From assembly GCF_017876815.1 (NCBI RefSeq), contig NZ_JAGIOS010000003.1, forward strand, positions 1,440,001 to 1,472,000: a stretch of DNA of 32,000 bases, in the 5' to 3' direction. The position numbers and the translations under genes are program-made. Every line of letters starts with the position of its first letter. The stretch's first letter is position 1. Under the pieces are notes generated by a model, which made no database searches, was not told where the DNA came from, and saw nothing but the letters and a program-made list of their open reading frames with translations. Source of the stretch: Sinorhizobium meliloti. Lineage in GTDB: Bacteria > Pseudomonadota > Alphaproteobacteria > Rhizobiales > Rhizobiaceae. This document shows positions 9,205-18,052 of the stretch, piece by piece.

Positions 9205-9554
9205 TCGTCGCGGGCCAACGACTGCCGATCCTGGTTGCAACGCGGCCGGTGGACTTCCGCTGTGGGCATCAGGCGCTGGCTCTGATGATGCAGACCGAGT
9301 TGAAGCTCGACCCGCATTCCGGGGTGACGGTGATCTTCCGGTCGAAGCGCGGTGATCGTCTGAAAATCCTGGTATGGGATGGCACCGGCATGGTGCTAAC
9401 CTACAAAATTCTTGAACATGGAAGCTTTGCCTGGCCCAAGGTGCAGGATGGGACGATGCGTCTTTCCAGGGGGCAATACGAAGCTTTGTTCGAAGGTCTT
9501 GATTGGCGACGGGTCATGGCGCAACGGGTGACCGCGCCGTCGGCGGCAGGGTAA
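9201..9554 (+). CDS. tnpB: IS66-family accessory protein TnpB (orf2)
   Basis: 117 aa. It reads ...VATRPVDFRCGHQALALMMQTELKLDPHSGVTVIFRSKRGDRLKILVWDGTGMVL.YK.LE.G.F.WP. Confidence 0.9.
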   Translation: MIVAGQRLPILVATRPVDFRCGHQALALMMQTELKLDPHSGVTVIFRSKRGDRLKILVWDGTGMVLTYKILEHGSFAWPKVQDGTMRLSRGQYEALFEGLDWRRVMAQRVTAPSAAG

Positions 9555-9616
9555 ATATACGGCTGCCTTTGCATTGTTTTATTTGGCTTTTTTGTGCTGC
9601 CTTGCTATAAGGCCGC

Positions 9617-11269
9617 ATGTCGTCACCCCTTGATCTCAGCCTGTTTCCGAACCTTCCGCCCGAGGTGGTGAAGGCGTTTGCGGCGATGCAGTTCGAGCTG
9701 TCGGTCGAGCGTGCTGCACGTCAGCATGAGCAGGCTGTGGTTGCCGAAAAGGATGCGTTCATCGCCGAGCTGAAGGAACTGGTCGAGAAGCTTGAAGGTC
9801 AGGTTCACGACTATCGGCGCACGAAGTTCGGGCCGAAATCGGAAAAGCTCGATCCGGCGCAGATGGAACTGGCGCTGGAAGACCTTGAAACGGCAATTGC
9901 CGAAACACAGGCGCGGATTGCCGCCGTCGAGAAAAAGATCGAAGCCAGCGCATCTGATCCGGAAAAAGTCGCTCCTCGCAAGGAGCGTAAGGCCCGTGCA
10001 CTGCCCGAACATTTGCCGCGGGTCGAGCGGGTGATCGAGCCTGAGAGCATCGTTTGTCCCTGCGGTTGCGGCAACATGGTCCGGATCGGCGAAGACCGGA
10101 CGGAACGGCTCGACCGGATTCCGGCGCGCTACGAGGTGATCGTCACGATCCGCCCGAAATACGCCTGCCCCAAGGGTCGAACGGGCATCGTCCAGGCCAG
10201 AGCGCCGGCGCATCTCTTAGAAGGGAGCTGGCCGACCGAAGCCCTTCTGGCTGAGATTGCCGTCTCCAAGCATTCCGAACATATGCCGCTCAACCGGCAG
10301 GCCGAGGTCATGGCGCGACACGGGGTGCCGATAGACCGCACCGTCCTGGCCGATTGGATGGGCAGGACGGGTGCTGCGATCGCGCCGGTGGTCGACCATA
10401 TGGCCAAACGGCTGCTGTGGGAAAGCACGCGGCTTTATGTCGACGAGACAACGGCTCCGGTGCTTGATCCGGGGCGAGGCAAAACGAAGACCGGTTATCT
10501 ATGGGCCGTGTTGCGTGACGATCGCGGCTGGAATGGCTCTGCGCCGCCAGGCGTGGTGTTCCATTACCGGCCCGGGCGTAAAGGCGAATATGCCGCTGAA
10601 ATCCTCGACGGGTTTAACGGGACAATCCAAGTGGATGCCTACGGTGGTTACTCTCACCTCGCCACGTCGGACCGGGTGGGTGGCGATCCCTTGAGGCTGG
10701 CTTTCTGTTGGGCGCACGGGCGCAGAAAGCTGATCAAGGCCACGCCAAAGAGTGGATCGCCCATCGTCGACGAGGCGCTGGTGCGGATCGCCGCGCTCTA
10801 CAAGATCGAAGACAGCATCCGTGGCTCAGATCCCGAACATCGCCGGGCAGTTCGACAGGAGCTGTCCCTCCCGCTGGTGGACGCGTTCTTCACCTGGCTG
10901 GCAGCGCAAGCCAAGCGCATCTCACGCAAGTCTGACCTCGGAAAAGCCCTGGCCTATATGCTAACGCGGCAGGACGGCTTCCGGCTGTACCTGGACGACG
11001 GCCACGTCGATATCGACTCCAACCTGGTGGAAAACGCGATCCGCCGACCCGCCATGAACCGCCGCAATGCGCTCTTTGCGGGGCACGATGAAGGGGGCCG
11101 CAATTGGGCCCGGTTTGCCAGCCTGATCGGCACTTGTAAAATGAACGGCGTTGAGCCCTACGCCTATCTGTGCAACCTCTTCACCCGCCTCGCAAACGGC
11201 CACCTCGCCAAAGACATCGATGCCCTGATGCCATGGGCCTATGCCGCTCGCATCCAGGCCTCACAATGA
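9617..11269 (+). CDS. tnpC: IS66-family transposase TnpC
   Basis: 550 aa. It has a coiled-coil N-terminus, the zinc-finger-like motif CPCGCG...YACPKG, and the DDE body ...YVDETTAPVLDPGRGKTKTGYLW...QVDAYGGY...CWAHGRR... Confidence 0.95.
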   Translation: MSSPLDLSLFPNLPPEVVKAFAAMQFELSVERAARQHEQAVVAEKDAFIAELKELVEKLEGQVHDYRRTKFGPKSEKLDPAQMELALEDLETAIAETQARIAAVEKKIEASASDPEKVAPRKERKARALPEHLPRVERVIEPESIVCPCGCGNMVRIGEDRTERLDRIPARYEVIVTIRPKYACPKGRTGIVQARAPAHLLEGSWPTEALLAEIAVSKHSEHMPLNRQAEVMARHGVPIDRTVLADWMGRTGAAIAPVVDHMAKRLLWESTRLYVDETTAPVLDPGRGKTKTGYLWAVLRDDRGWNGSAPPGVVFHYRPGRKGEYAAEILDGFNGTIQVDAYGGYSHLATSDRVGGDPLRLAFCWAHGRRKLIKATPKSGSPIVDEALVRIAALYKIEDSIRGSDPEHRRAVRQELSLPLVDAFFTWLAAQAKRISRKSDLGKALAYMLTRQDGFRLYLDDGHVDIDSNLVENAIRRPAMNRRNALFAGHDEGGRNWARFASLIGTCKMNGVEPYAYLCNLFTRLANGHLAKDIDALMPWAYAARIQASQ

Positions 11270-11366
11270 GCTCGTCAGATACTCTTCGGTGAGCTCATTT
11301 GACGGCCCGTCGATCAACCTCAGATCGCCGCAACTGAATAATCGATGGGGCGTGGACGCCGCATAC

Positions 11367-11374
11367 GTTAGGAA
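11367..11374. repeat. right copy of the 8-bp target-site duplication GTTAGGAA
   Basis: It is identical to 8661-8668 and lies immediately outside the right IR. Confidence 0.9.
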
Positions 11375-11920
11375 CGCGCGTTGCGGAAACCATCTTGGCC
11401 AGTGGTCATGTGCGACCACACACAAAGGCCGTACATTTGGAAGCAAGCGATCCGACCAAAAATATCTGCAGAAAACCCTTGCAACAGGGAGCCGTCCACA
11501 TATGGAACTACGCCGCCTGAATGGCCGCGGCTTGTCGCTTACGCTTGCTCGCTATGGCAAGCCGGAGAGCTTGAACACCGACCAGGGCTCGCAGTTCACG
11601 TCCGCCGACTTGGCCGAGATCGACATTGTGATGGACGGCAAGGGCGCGTGGCGGGACAAGGTCTTCATCGAGCGGCTCTGGCGTTCGATCAAATACGAAG
11701 AGGTCTATCTCCACGCCTACAAAACCGTGTCCGAGGCCCGCGCTGGCATCGGCCGCTATCTGACTTACAATTGCCGACGCCCACATTCATCCCTTGACCA
11801 GCAGACGCCGGATCAGGCTTACTTCAACACGCTGACGCCGAGATGGCGGCAGCATAATCGAGGCGGAAATCCACTTAGCGAAAAGCCCCAAACTGTTCAG
11901 ATAAACCGAACCACCTCTAG
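11375..11920 (+). mobile_element. IS3-family orfB (transposase) 3' remnant. It probably continues on the other side of the IS66 element (~8576-8660).
   Basis: It reads ...ARYGKPESLNTDQGSQFTSADLAEIDIVMDGKGAWRDKVFIERLWRSIKYEEVYLHAYKTVSEARAGIGRYLTYNCRRPHSSLDQQTPDQAYF. There is an internal deletion between FTS and MDGKG. The upstream frames are degenerate (VVAVLGTRVAETILAS resembles the LVAVLDW..R.VL.W region). The right boundary is uncertain. Confidence 0.7.
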
Positions 11921-11983
11921 TTGGGCTCCTTCAAGAGCTCAGCCTTTCGTACAACATCGAGCGCATGCGCTGCGTGCGTAGGC

Positions 11984-13255
11984 TCATTTGCTAAGCCTCC
12001 TGGACTGGGATTTCGCCTTACCTGCAGTCGTCGAGCGGGAAGCCTGCGACACATAGATTGGGGGACGGCCCCAAACCTCGGATATGAGATCCATTACCTC
12101 CGCATTGACGGAATTCAGCGTTTCCATCGCTTGCTCGTATGCCGATCGGCCTACCGCTCCCGCTGACAGCTCATACAATGATCGATTTTTGAGCCGCGCT
12201 TCCCGGATCGCGTCTGATTCCCAGACGGTCGCAGTCAAGAGATCATCCCCCAGTGAGTCCCGCAGTAGGGCGACAGCCTCCTGCTGTGAGACGTCGCGCG
12301 GGTCGTGCCGTGTCACCAAGAATTTGGTGAAATACTTTACGGGCCTCTCAACTCGTTCGATCAGGGAGGCGCGATGCGACAAAACTCTGACGAACCAGGC
12401 CGTCGACGCGATCTCAGCCAATTGCGGGCGGACCGTCACCAGCAGGCCGGTCGCTGCTTCAAACGCACCCACAGTCAAGTAGCTGGGTTCAGGTGGACAG
12501 TGGATGACGACGACGTCGTAATTCGCCTCGACTTCCTTGATCGCAGACACCATTCTGACGCCAACATCTGGGTTCGTCGCGTCCTCATAGTGCCGCGAAC
12601 ACTCGAAGTCGAACTTGCTGAGCTCGAAAGAGCCCGGCACGAGACCAAGACCATCAAAAGGCGTCGGTCGGATTACCTCATTTATACTGGCCCGCAACGC
12701 GTCATTATAGCGCATCGCGGCATACATACTCACATCGCGGACGGGAAGTTTCGGGACTAAACCGAACATTTCCGACAATGAGCCCCTAGGATCGAGATCT
12801 ATTGCGAGAATGCGAAATCCTTGGAGTGCAAGGCCCTGAGCCAGATAGAACGCTGTAGTGGTTCTTGCGGAGCCGGCGGCCACTGAGATGATCTGTAGTT
12901 TCTCACCCTCGCGCCTCCGCGGGTAAAACTTCAAAGCCTCTTTCGGACGGGCCGAAGCGAGATAAGCACGCAGTTCATTGATTTGTCGAAGCGTATAGGA
13001 GCGTCGCCCTGCGGTCCCGAGCTCCGGTGTGGGTCCCAGACCATCGGTTGACAACTGCCGTAGATAACTGTCCGACACACCGAGAATCTCGGCGACCTCG
13101 CCCAACGAGAAAGAGCGCAAGGTCATGGGGTCTGGAAATGGATATTTGATAGCTACGCCAGACGCGCGTAAGCGATCGATGAGTTCTCTACCAAGACGCT
13201 CGATGCGTTCCGACTTTGTCTCGTCTTCATACGGCGGACTAACAGGTTTTGGCAT
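11984..13255 (-). CDS. RepA/ParA-like protein, copy 1. The HTH is conserved and the Walker A and Walker B motifs are degenerate.
   Basis: ORF 11984..13318. The likely start is ATG 13255, with GAGGA 5 nt upstream. The RepA-type HTH reads LRSFSLGEVAEILGVSDSYLRQLSTDGLGPTPELGTAGRRSYTLRQINELRAYL. The P-loop position reads LQIISVAAGSARTTTAFYLAQGLAL where xKGGSGKTT is expected. DLDPRGS is retained. Walker B reads YDVVVIHCPP (His where Asp is expected). The tail is ...SEVWGRPPIYVSQASRSTTAGKAKSQSRRLSK. Confidence 0.8.
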   Translation of the reverse strand: MPKPVSPPYEDETKSERIERLGRELIDRLRASGVAIKYPFPDPMTLRSFSLGEVAEILGVSDSYLRQLSTDGLGPTPELGTAGRRSYTLRQINELRAYLASARPKEALKFYPRRREGEKLQIISVAAGSARTTTAFYLAQGLALQGFRILAIDLDPRGSLSEMFGLVPKLPVRDVSMYAAMRYNDALRASINEVIRPTPFDGLGLVPGSFELSKFDFECSRHYEDATNPDVGVRMVSAIKEVEANYDVVVIHCPPEPSYLTVGAFEAATGLLVTVRPQLAEIASTAWFVRVLSHRASLIERVERPVKYFTKFLVTRHDPRDVSQQEAVALLRDSLGDDLLTATVWESDAIREARLKNRSLYELSAGAVGRSAYEQAMETLNSVNAEVMDLISEVWGRPPIYVSQASRSTTAGKAKSQSRRLSK

Positions 13256-13401
13256 AACGGTCCTCGCGACGGCTACTCTCCTGCATGTCGGTTTATCGCG
13301 TCGCGGTTCTTCTTGCACGTCTGAAAAAGCCTCGCAAGTCGCAACCGGATAGATTGTGGCGTGTCCATCTAGACCGATCAGCGCGCGCTCGATCTTCTCT
13401 A

Positions 13402-14574
13402 GTCACCTGGAACTAAAATTCACTACATTGTATGCTTGGCCTCTTCATTGGAGGTTGAGGCATGGCAAATGCGACTGGCCGACCAACGGCCCCATTGGTT
13501 TTGAGCGAGGCGGAGCGGGAATATCTGGAGCGACAGGTGCGCAAGCATCGTGTTGCACGCTCCCTGTCGGAGCGGTGCCGGATCATTCTTCGCTGTGGCG
13601 AGGGAGTTCCGAGCAAGGTCGTTGCGGACGAGCTCGGCGTGCATGAACATACGGTTGGCAAATGGCGACGGCGCTTCCTCAAAGACCGACTCGATGGGCT
13701 GCTCGACGAAGTTCGCCCTGGTCGGCCCCGAACCATCGACGACGATCAGATCGCGGCTGTGATCGAGCGCACGCTGCGTTCAACGCCAAGCGATGCGACC
13801 CATTGGTCGATCCGCTCGATGGCAGGGGCCACAGGCTTTTCGCACACGACGATCCGCCGGATATGGAACGCTTTCGGCCTGCAGCCGCATCGCACAGAGA
13901 CGTTCAAGCTTTCCGGCGATCCTTTGTTCGTCGATAAGGTCCGCGACATCGTCGGTCTTTATCTGTCACCTCCCAATCGGGCGCTGGTTCTCAGCGTGGA
14001 CGAGAAGAGCCAAATCCAGGCTCTCGACCGCGAGCAGCCAGTGTTGCCGATGATGCCCGGCGTGCCGGAACGGCGCACGCATTCCTATGTCCGACACGGC
14101 ACAACCACGTTGTTTGCCGCTCTGGATGTCGCCTCCGGCTTTGTCATCGGCAAATGCTACAAGCGGCACCGTGCCACCGAATTCCTGGATTTCCTCAAGC
14201 AGATCGATGCGAGCGTACCGTCCGATTTGGACGTTCATATCGTGATGGACTACTATGCGACCCACAAAACGGCATCGGTCAAAAACTGGCTGATGCGACG
14301 GCCGCGCTACCACGTGCACTTCACCCCGACCTCGGCGTCATGGATCAATCAGGTCGAACGCTGGTTTGCGGAACTGACCCGCAAGCAGCTCCGTCGCGGC
14401 GTCCGCACTTCGACAATGCAGCTCGAAGCCGACATCCGAAGCTTTCATCGAACGCCATAATCAGAACCCGAAGCCCTACAGGTGGACGAAATCCGCAGAC
14501 GACATCCTGGCCTCCGTCAAACGTTTCTGCCAGAAAGTCCAGGACTTATGACACGAATTTCGGATTCGGATGAC
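13402..14574 (+). mobile_element. IS630-family insertion sequence #1, inserted in the leader of RepA-like copy 1
   Basis: The IRs are GTCACCTGGAACTAAAATTC (from 13402) and the reverse complement of the right end, GTCATCCGAATCCGAAATTC. They are flanked by TA (13400-13401) and TA (14575-14576), the target duplication typical of IS630/Tc1. Confidence 0.8.
13462..14551 (+). pseudogene. IS630-family transposase with a frame change near its 3' end
   Basis: ORF 13462..14460 reads ...SVDEKSQIQALDR...HGTTTLFAALDV..G...HIVMDYYATHKT..V..WL...PRYHVHFTPTSASWINQVERWF. After ~14439 the family-typical end FIERHNQNPKPYRWTKSADDILASVKRFCQKVQDL* is read in the +1 frame, with the stop at 14549-14551. Confidence 0.8.
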
Positions 14575-14591
14575 TAGGTCGTAAACTCATA
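14575..14591. repeat. solo terminal repeat of the IS5/IS427-like element. It is a perfect 17-bp inverted copy of 16136-16152.
   Basis: TAGGTCGTAAACTCATA at 14575-14591 is the exact reverse complement of TATGAGTTTACGACCTA at 16136-16152. After 15 nt the sequence no longer matches the IS interior. Confidence 0.7.
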
Positions 14592-14596
14592 GCAAG

Positions 14597-15138
14597 CCCA
14601 CTTCTGGCGCTGGCGTGTAATTTCGCCTCTATCGAGTTTCGTGGAATACATGCTGCATTGTAGACGGGAATGATACTCGAGAAGTAACCGAGCAATTCCG
14701 ACAATGAGCCCTCGGATCGAAATCTATGGCGAGAACGCGGAATCCTTGAAGTGCAGGCCCTGAGCCAGATAGAACGATGTGGTGGTTCTTGCGGGGCCGG
14801 CGGCCAACTGGGATGATCTGTACTCACCCTCGCGCCTCCGCGGGTAAAACTTCCCAGCCTCTTTCGGACGGGCTGGAGCGCGATAAGCACGAAGTTCGTT
14901 GATCCATCGAAGCGTATAGGAGCGTCGACCTGCGGTCCTTAGCTCCGGTGTTGGCCCCAGACCATCGATTGACAACTGGCGCAAATAACTCTGCGACATA
15001 CTGAAATCTCGGCGACCTGTCCGAACGAGAGAGAGCGGAAGGTCATGTGGTTTGGAGATGAATATACCCGCGCGCGCGTTCCCAGAGCTCTTTGCAGTCA
15101 GACGGGGGAAGAGCAAGTTGTTGAATTTTGCTCATCAT
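14597..15138 (-). pseudogene. decayed 5' half of a RepA-like gene (unit 3)
   Basis: ATGATG lies at 15138-15133 (MMSKIQQLALPPSDCKELWERARGYIHL..). The sequence continues ...SQSYLRQLSIDGLGPTPELRTAGRRSYTLRWINELRAY.APARPKEAGKFYPRRREGE...LAAGPARTTTSFYLAQGL, with stops and frame changes. Nucleotide similarity to copies 1 and 2 is visible up to the DLD-coding region. The upstream leader (to 15297) is shared with unit 4. Confidence 0.7.
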
Positions 15139-15299
15139 GACGGATTGTGTCCAATATCGAGAAATATTCCGTCGCGGTTTAATCTCTCTGTCCGTGCCAG
15201 TCAACGGCCCGTGAGCATTTTGCCGCTACCAAACTTACCGGCTCCCTCGGTGCCGCCTTTCGTCAGCCTCGTTGAAGCTTTGTTTTTATTTCCCTTTTA

Positions 15300-16150
15300 G
15301 GGCGTCGACTCATAAACTTTGACACCATATCCTCGCGGCGATGAGCTTGACCGCGGCGAGGTAGTTTCCCGGGTGCTTATCGTATCGGGTTGCGATGCCT
15401 CGGAACTGTTTGATCCTATTGAAGAACCGCTCCACGAGGTTCCGCTGCCGATAGACCTAGCGCGAGAAAACGAGATGACCCTTCCGGTTGGACTTCGGCG
15501 GGATGTTGGTTCAGGCCATTCGCTCGGCGGCCTTGGCCCGGATGGCATTACTGTCGTAGCCCTTGTCCGCCAGCAGGATGTCTCCCTCGCCGAGCTCGTC
15601 CGTCAGCGCGTCGGCCTCGGTGCAGTCGGCGATCTGCCCGCCGGTCAGACGGAGGTTGACGGGGCGACCTTCGGCGTCGACACGCGCGCGTGGATTTTGC
15701 TCGTGAGCCCGCCACGGGAACGTCCCATGCCGCCATCGTCTCCATCCCCCTTTTTCCCGTGGCCGCGTGCTGGTGAACGCGGACACAGTTTGAGTCGATC
15801 ATGACGATGTCGCCATCGTAAGCCTCGGAAGCGGCTTCAAGAAGCCGATCCCAGACACCGGCCTTCCGCCAGCGGACGAAACGGTTGTAGCAGGTGGTCG
15901 GCGGACCATAGCGCTCCGGAATTTCCGCCCAGGGCGAGCCCGTGCGAAACCGCTAGAGGATGCCATTCGGCACCCGCCGATCCTCGACGCGGGGAACACC
16001 CCGCGGTTTGTTGGGCAACAGCGGCGACAGGATTGACCATTCGTGGTCGGTGAGTTCGTAGCGGCGGCGCGTCATTCCAAGGCTCCCTCATTCGGAAGCC
16101 TTGAATCATCGGCGCGACTAAACAACAAGTGATTTTATGAGTTTACGACC
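15300..16150 (-). mobile_element. IS5-family (IS427-like, two-ORF) insertion sequence, inactivated
   Basis: The IRs are GGGCGTCGACTCATAAAC (15300->) and the reverse complement of the right end, GGTCGTAAACTCATAAAA, flanked by TA/TA (15298-99 and 16151-52). The coding region 16075..15310 reads MTRRRYELTDHEWSILSPLLPNKPRGVPRVEDRRVPNGIL*RFRTGSPWAEIPERYGPPTTCYNRFVRWRKAGVWD...MIDSNCVRVHQHAATG / KKGDGDDGGMGRSRGGLTSKIHARV / DAEGRPVNLRLTGGQIADC...DKGYDSNAIRAKAAERMA*TNIPPKSNRKGHLVFSR*VYRQRNLVERFFNRIKQFRGIATRYDKH... Confidence 0.8.
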
Positions 16151-17420
16151 TAGACCTCTTAGATTGGGATTTCGCCTTACCTGCAGTCGTCGAGCGCGAA
16201 GCCTGCGACACATAGATCGGGGGACGACCCCAAACCTCCGATATGATATCCATCACCTCGGCATTGACGGAATTCAGCGTTTCCATCGCTTGCTCGTATG
16301 CCGATCGGCCTACCGCTCCCGCTGATAGCTCATACAGCGATCGATTCTTGAGCCCCGCGTATCCTATCGCATCCGATTCCCAGACGATGGCAGTCAAGAG
16401 ATCATCACCCAGGGAGCCCCGCAGCAGGGCGATCGTCTCCTGCTCTGCGACGTCACGCGGGTCGTGCCTTGTCACCAAGAATTTGAAAAAATCATAATCT
16501 TCGGACTTCCCAGCTTCTTCGATCCTGCGGACGTATTCCGAGAAAATGCTGAGGGACATGGCCGTTGACGCGACATCATCCAATTGCGGGTGGACTGTAA
16601 CCAGCACGCCGGTCGCTGCTTCAAGCGCAACCGGGCCTAAGCCGTCGCGTACAGGTGCACCGGCAATAACGACGACATCGTAATTGCCCTCGACTTCCTC
16701 GATCGCAGACACCAGTCTCGAGTTAGCATCTGGGTTCCTCGAGGCCCCGCTGAGGTAGCGCCGCAAGCGTTCCTCCTCGAACCGGCGGAGCTCGATACTG
16801 CCCGGCACGATATCAAGACCATCAAAATGCGTCGGTCGGATTACAGTCCTAATACTGGCCCGATCGTCATCACAGCGTAACGCGGCATATATGCTTTTAT
16901 TGTAGACCGGCGTCGTACTGGCGGTGTAACCGAACATTCCCGAGAATGAGCCTCGCCTATCAAGATCTACAGCGAGAACACGGAATCCTTGAAGTGCAAG
17001 GCCCTGAACCAGATAGAATGCTGTAGTGGTACTTGCGGAGCCGCCTACTGAGATAATCTGTAGTTTCTCACCCTCGCGCCTCCGCGGGTAAAACTTTAAA
17101 GCATCTTTCGGACGGGCCGAAGCGAGATAAGCACGAAGTTCGTTGATTTGTCGAAGCGTATAGGAGCGTCGCCCTGCGGTCCCTAGCTCCGGTGTTGGCC
17201 CCAGACCATCAATTGACAACTGGCGCAGATAACTGTGCGACACACCGAGGATCTCGGCGACCTCGCCCAAGGAGAAGGAGCGCAAGGTCATGGGGTCTGG
17301 AAATGGAAAGTCGATAGCTACGCCAGAGGCGCGTACGCGATCGAAGAGTTCTTTGGCCCGACGCCGGATGCGTTCCGACGTTCTCTCCTTTTCATGCGGC
17401 GGACTAACAGTTTGTGGCAT
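16143..17420 (-). CDS. RepA/ParA-like protein, copy 2. The HTH is conserved and the Walker A and Walker B motifs are degenerate.
   Basis: ORF 16143..17588. ATG 17420 (MPQTVSPPHEKERTSERI...) is equivalent to the copy-1 start. The HTH is as in copy 1. The P-loop position reads LQIISVGGSASTTTAFYLVQGLAL. DLDRRGS is present. Walker B reads YDVVVIAGAP. The C-terminal ~110 aa are almost identical to copy 1. The last two codons and the stop lie inside the IS5-like terminal repeat. Confidence 0.8.
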   Translation of the reverse strand: MPQTVSPPHEKERTSERIRRRAKELFDRVRASGVAIDFPFPDPMTLRSFSLGEVAEILGVSHSYLRQLSIDGLGPTPELGTAGRRSYTLRQINELRAYLASARPKDALKFYPRRREGEKLQIISVGGSASTTTAFYLVQGLALQGFRVLAVDLDRRGSFSGMFGYTASTTPVYNKSIYAALRCDDDRASIRTVIRPTHFDGLDIVPGSIELRRFEEERLRRYLSGASRNPDANSRLVSAIEEVEGNYDVVVIAGAPVRDGLGPVALEAATGVLVTVHPQLDDVASTAMSLSIFSEYVRRIEEAGKSEDYDFFKFLVTRHDPRDVAEQETIALLRGSLGDDLLTAIVWESDAIGYAGLKNRSLYELSAGAVGRSAYEQAMETLNSVNAEVMDIISEVWGRPPIYVSQASRSTTAGKAKSQSKRSRS

Positions 17421-17694
17421 AACGGGTCCCGCGAAGGCTATTCTCCAGCATGTAGGTTTATTGCCACGGCCCTTCTTGCACGTCTGAAAACGCCGCGCAA
17501 GTCGCAACCGGATAGATTGTGGCGGGTCCACCGCACAATCTAGTCCGATCAGCGCGCGCTCGATCTTCCCTAGGGTTGATTTGCGCATGTACGAAGCCAG
17601 TTTCCCGCTGCGCCCCGTGGAACATTTCTGCCGGTATGAGTGAGTGTGTCACAGCCCGAGCGTTGACATCTATTGGGGCCCGACCCGCAGCTTG

Positions 17695-18021
17695 TTATGC
17701 GGCGAGTAGATAAGAGTTCCTTTTTCGCGCGCTACTCACACCATTGCAGCATCCCGCGGACGAAAGCAGAAGCTCGGCGCGACATCCCGCATGGGCGAAT
17801 GAACCTTGAGCCGACTGGTGATCCTCGGTCCGAACGCGGCCGGTGCGCTGGGCAAAGCGTAAAAGCTCGACCGTGGACCATGGCTTGCGCGAATGCTGAA
17901 CCGCAAACAACCCAGATTGGCGGCCCGGCCAACAAAGATGGGTTGCATCGTCCGGCGGAACGCATTGCAAGTCAGCAAGAGCGCCGGCCGCAACAGCGGC
18001 AAATGTGAGCCAGAGCCTCAT
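17695..18021 (-). CDS. possible small secreted protein (108 aa), or a non-coding ORF
   Basis: Inner ATG 18021 gives MRLWLTFAAVAAGALA|DLQCVPP..., a signal-peptide-like N-terminus. I recognise no family, several overlapping ORFs compete, and third-position G+C is only moderate. Confidence 0.2.
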   Translation of the reverse strand: MRLWLTFAAVAAGALADLQCVPPDDATHLCWPGRQSGLFAVQHSRKPWSTVELLRFAQRTGRVRTEDHQSAQGSFAHAGCRAELLLSSAGCCNGVSSARKRNSYLLAA

Positions 18022-18052
18022 ATCGGTGGAAACCGCCGGGTCAGCTCTCAGC

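Larger units (their letters stand above)
8669..11366 (+). mobile_element. IS66-family insertion sequence, intact (tnpA-tnpB-tnpC)
   Basis: The left end reads GTAAGCGCCGTCTCCGCCCCAT. The reverse complement of the right end reads GTATGCGGCGTCCACGCCCCAT, matching at 18 of 22 positions. The length is 2698 bp with three ORFs in the canonical order. A perfect 8-bp direct repeat flanks it. Confidence 0.9.

Noticed and set aside
9623-10213. 196-aa minus-strand ORF inside IS66 tnpC
   Set aside because: It is a shadow ORF opposite the transposase coding frame.
17695-18021. Assignment of the small signal-peptide ORF to the DUF2778/L,D-transpeptidase-like family
   Set aside because: I could not align any catalytic motif convincingly. 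It is kept only as a low-confidence hypothetical ORF.
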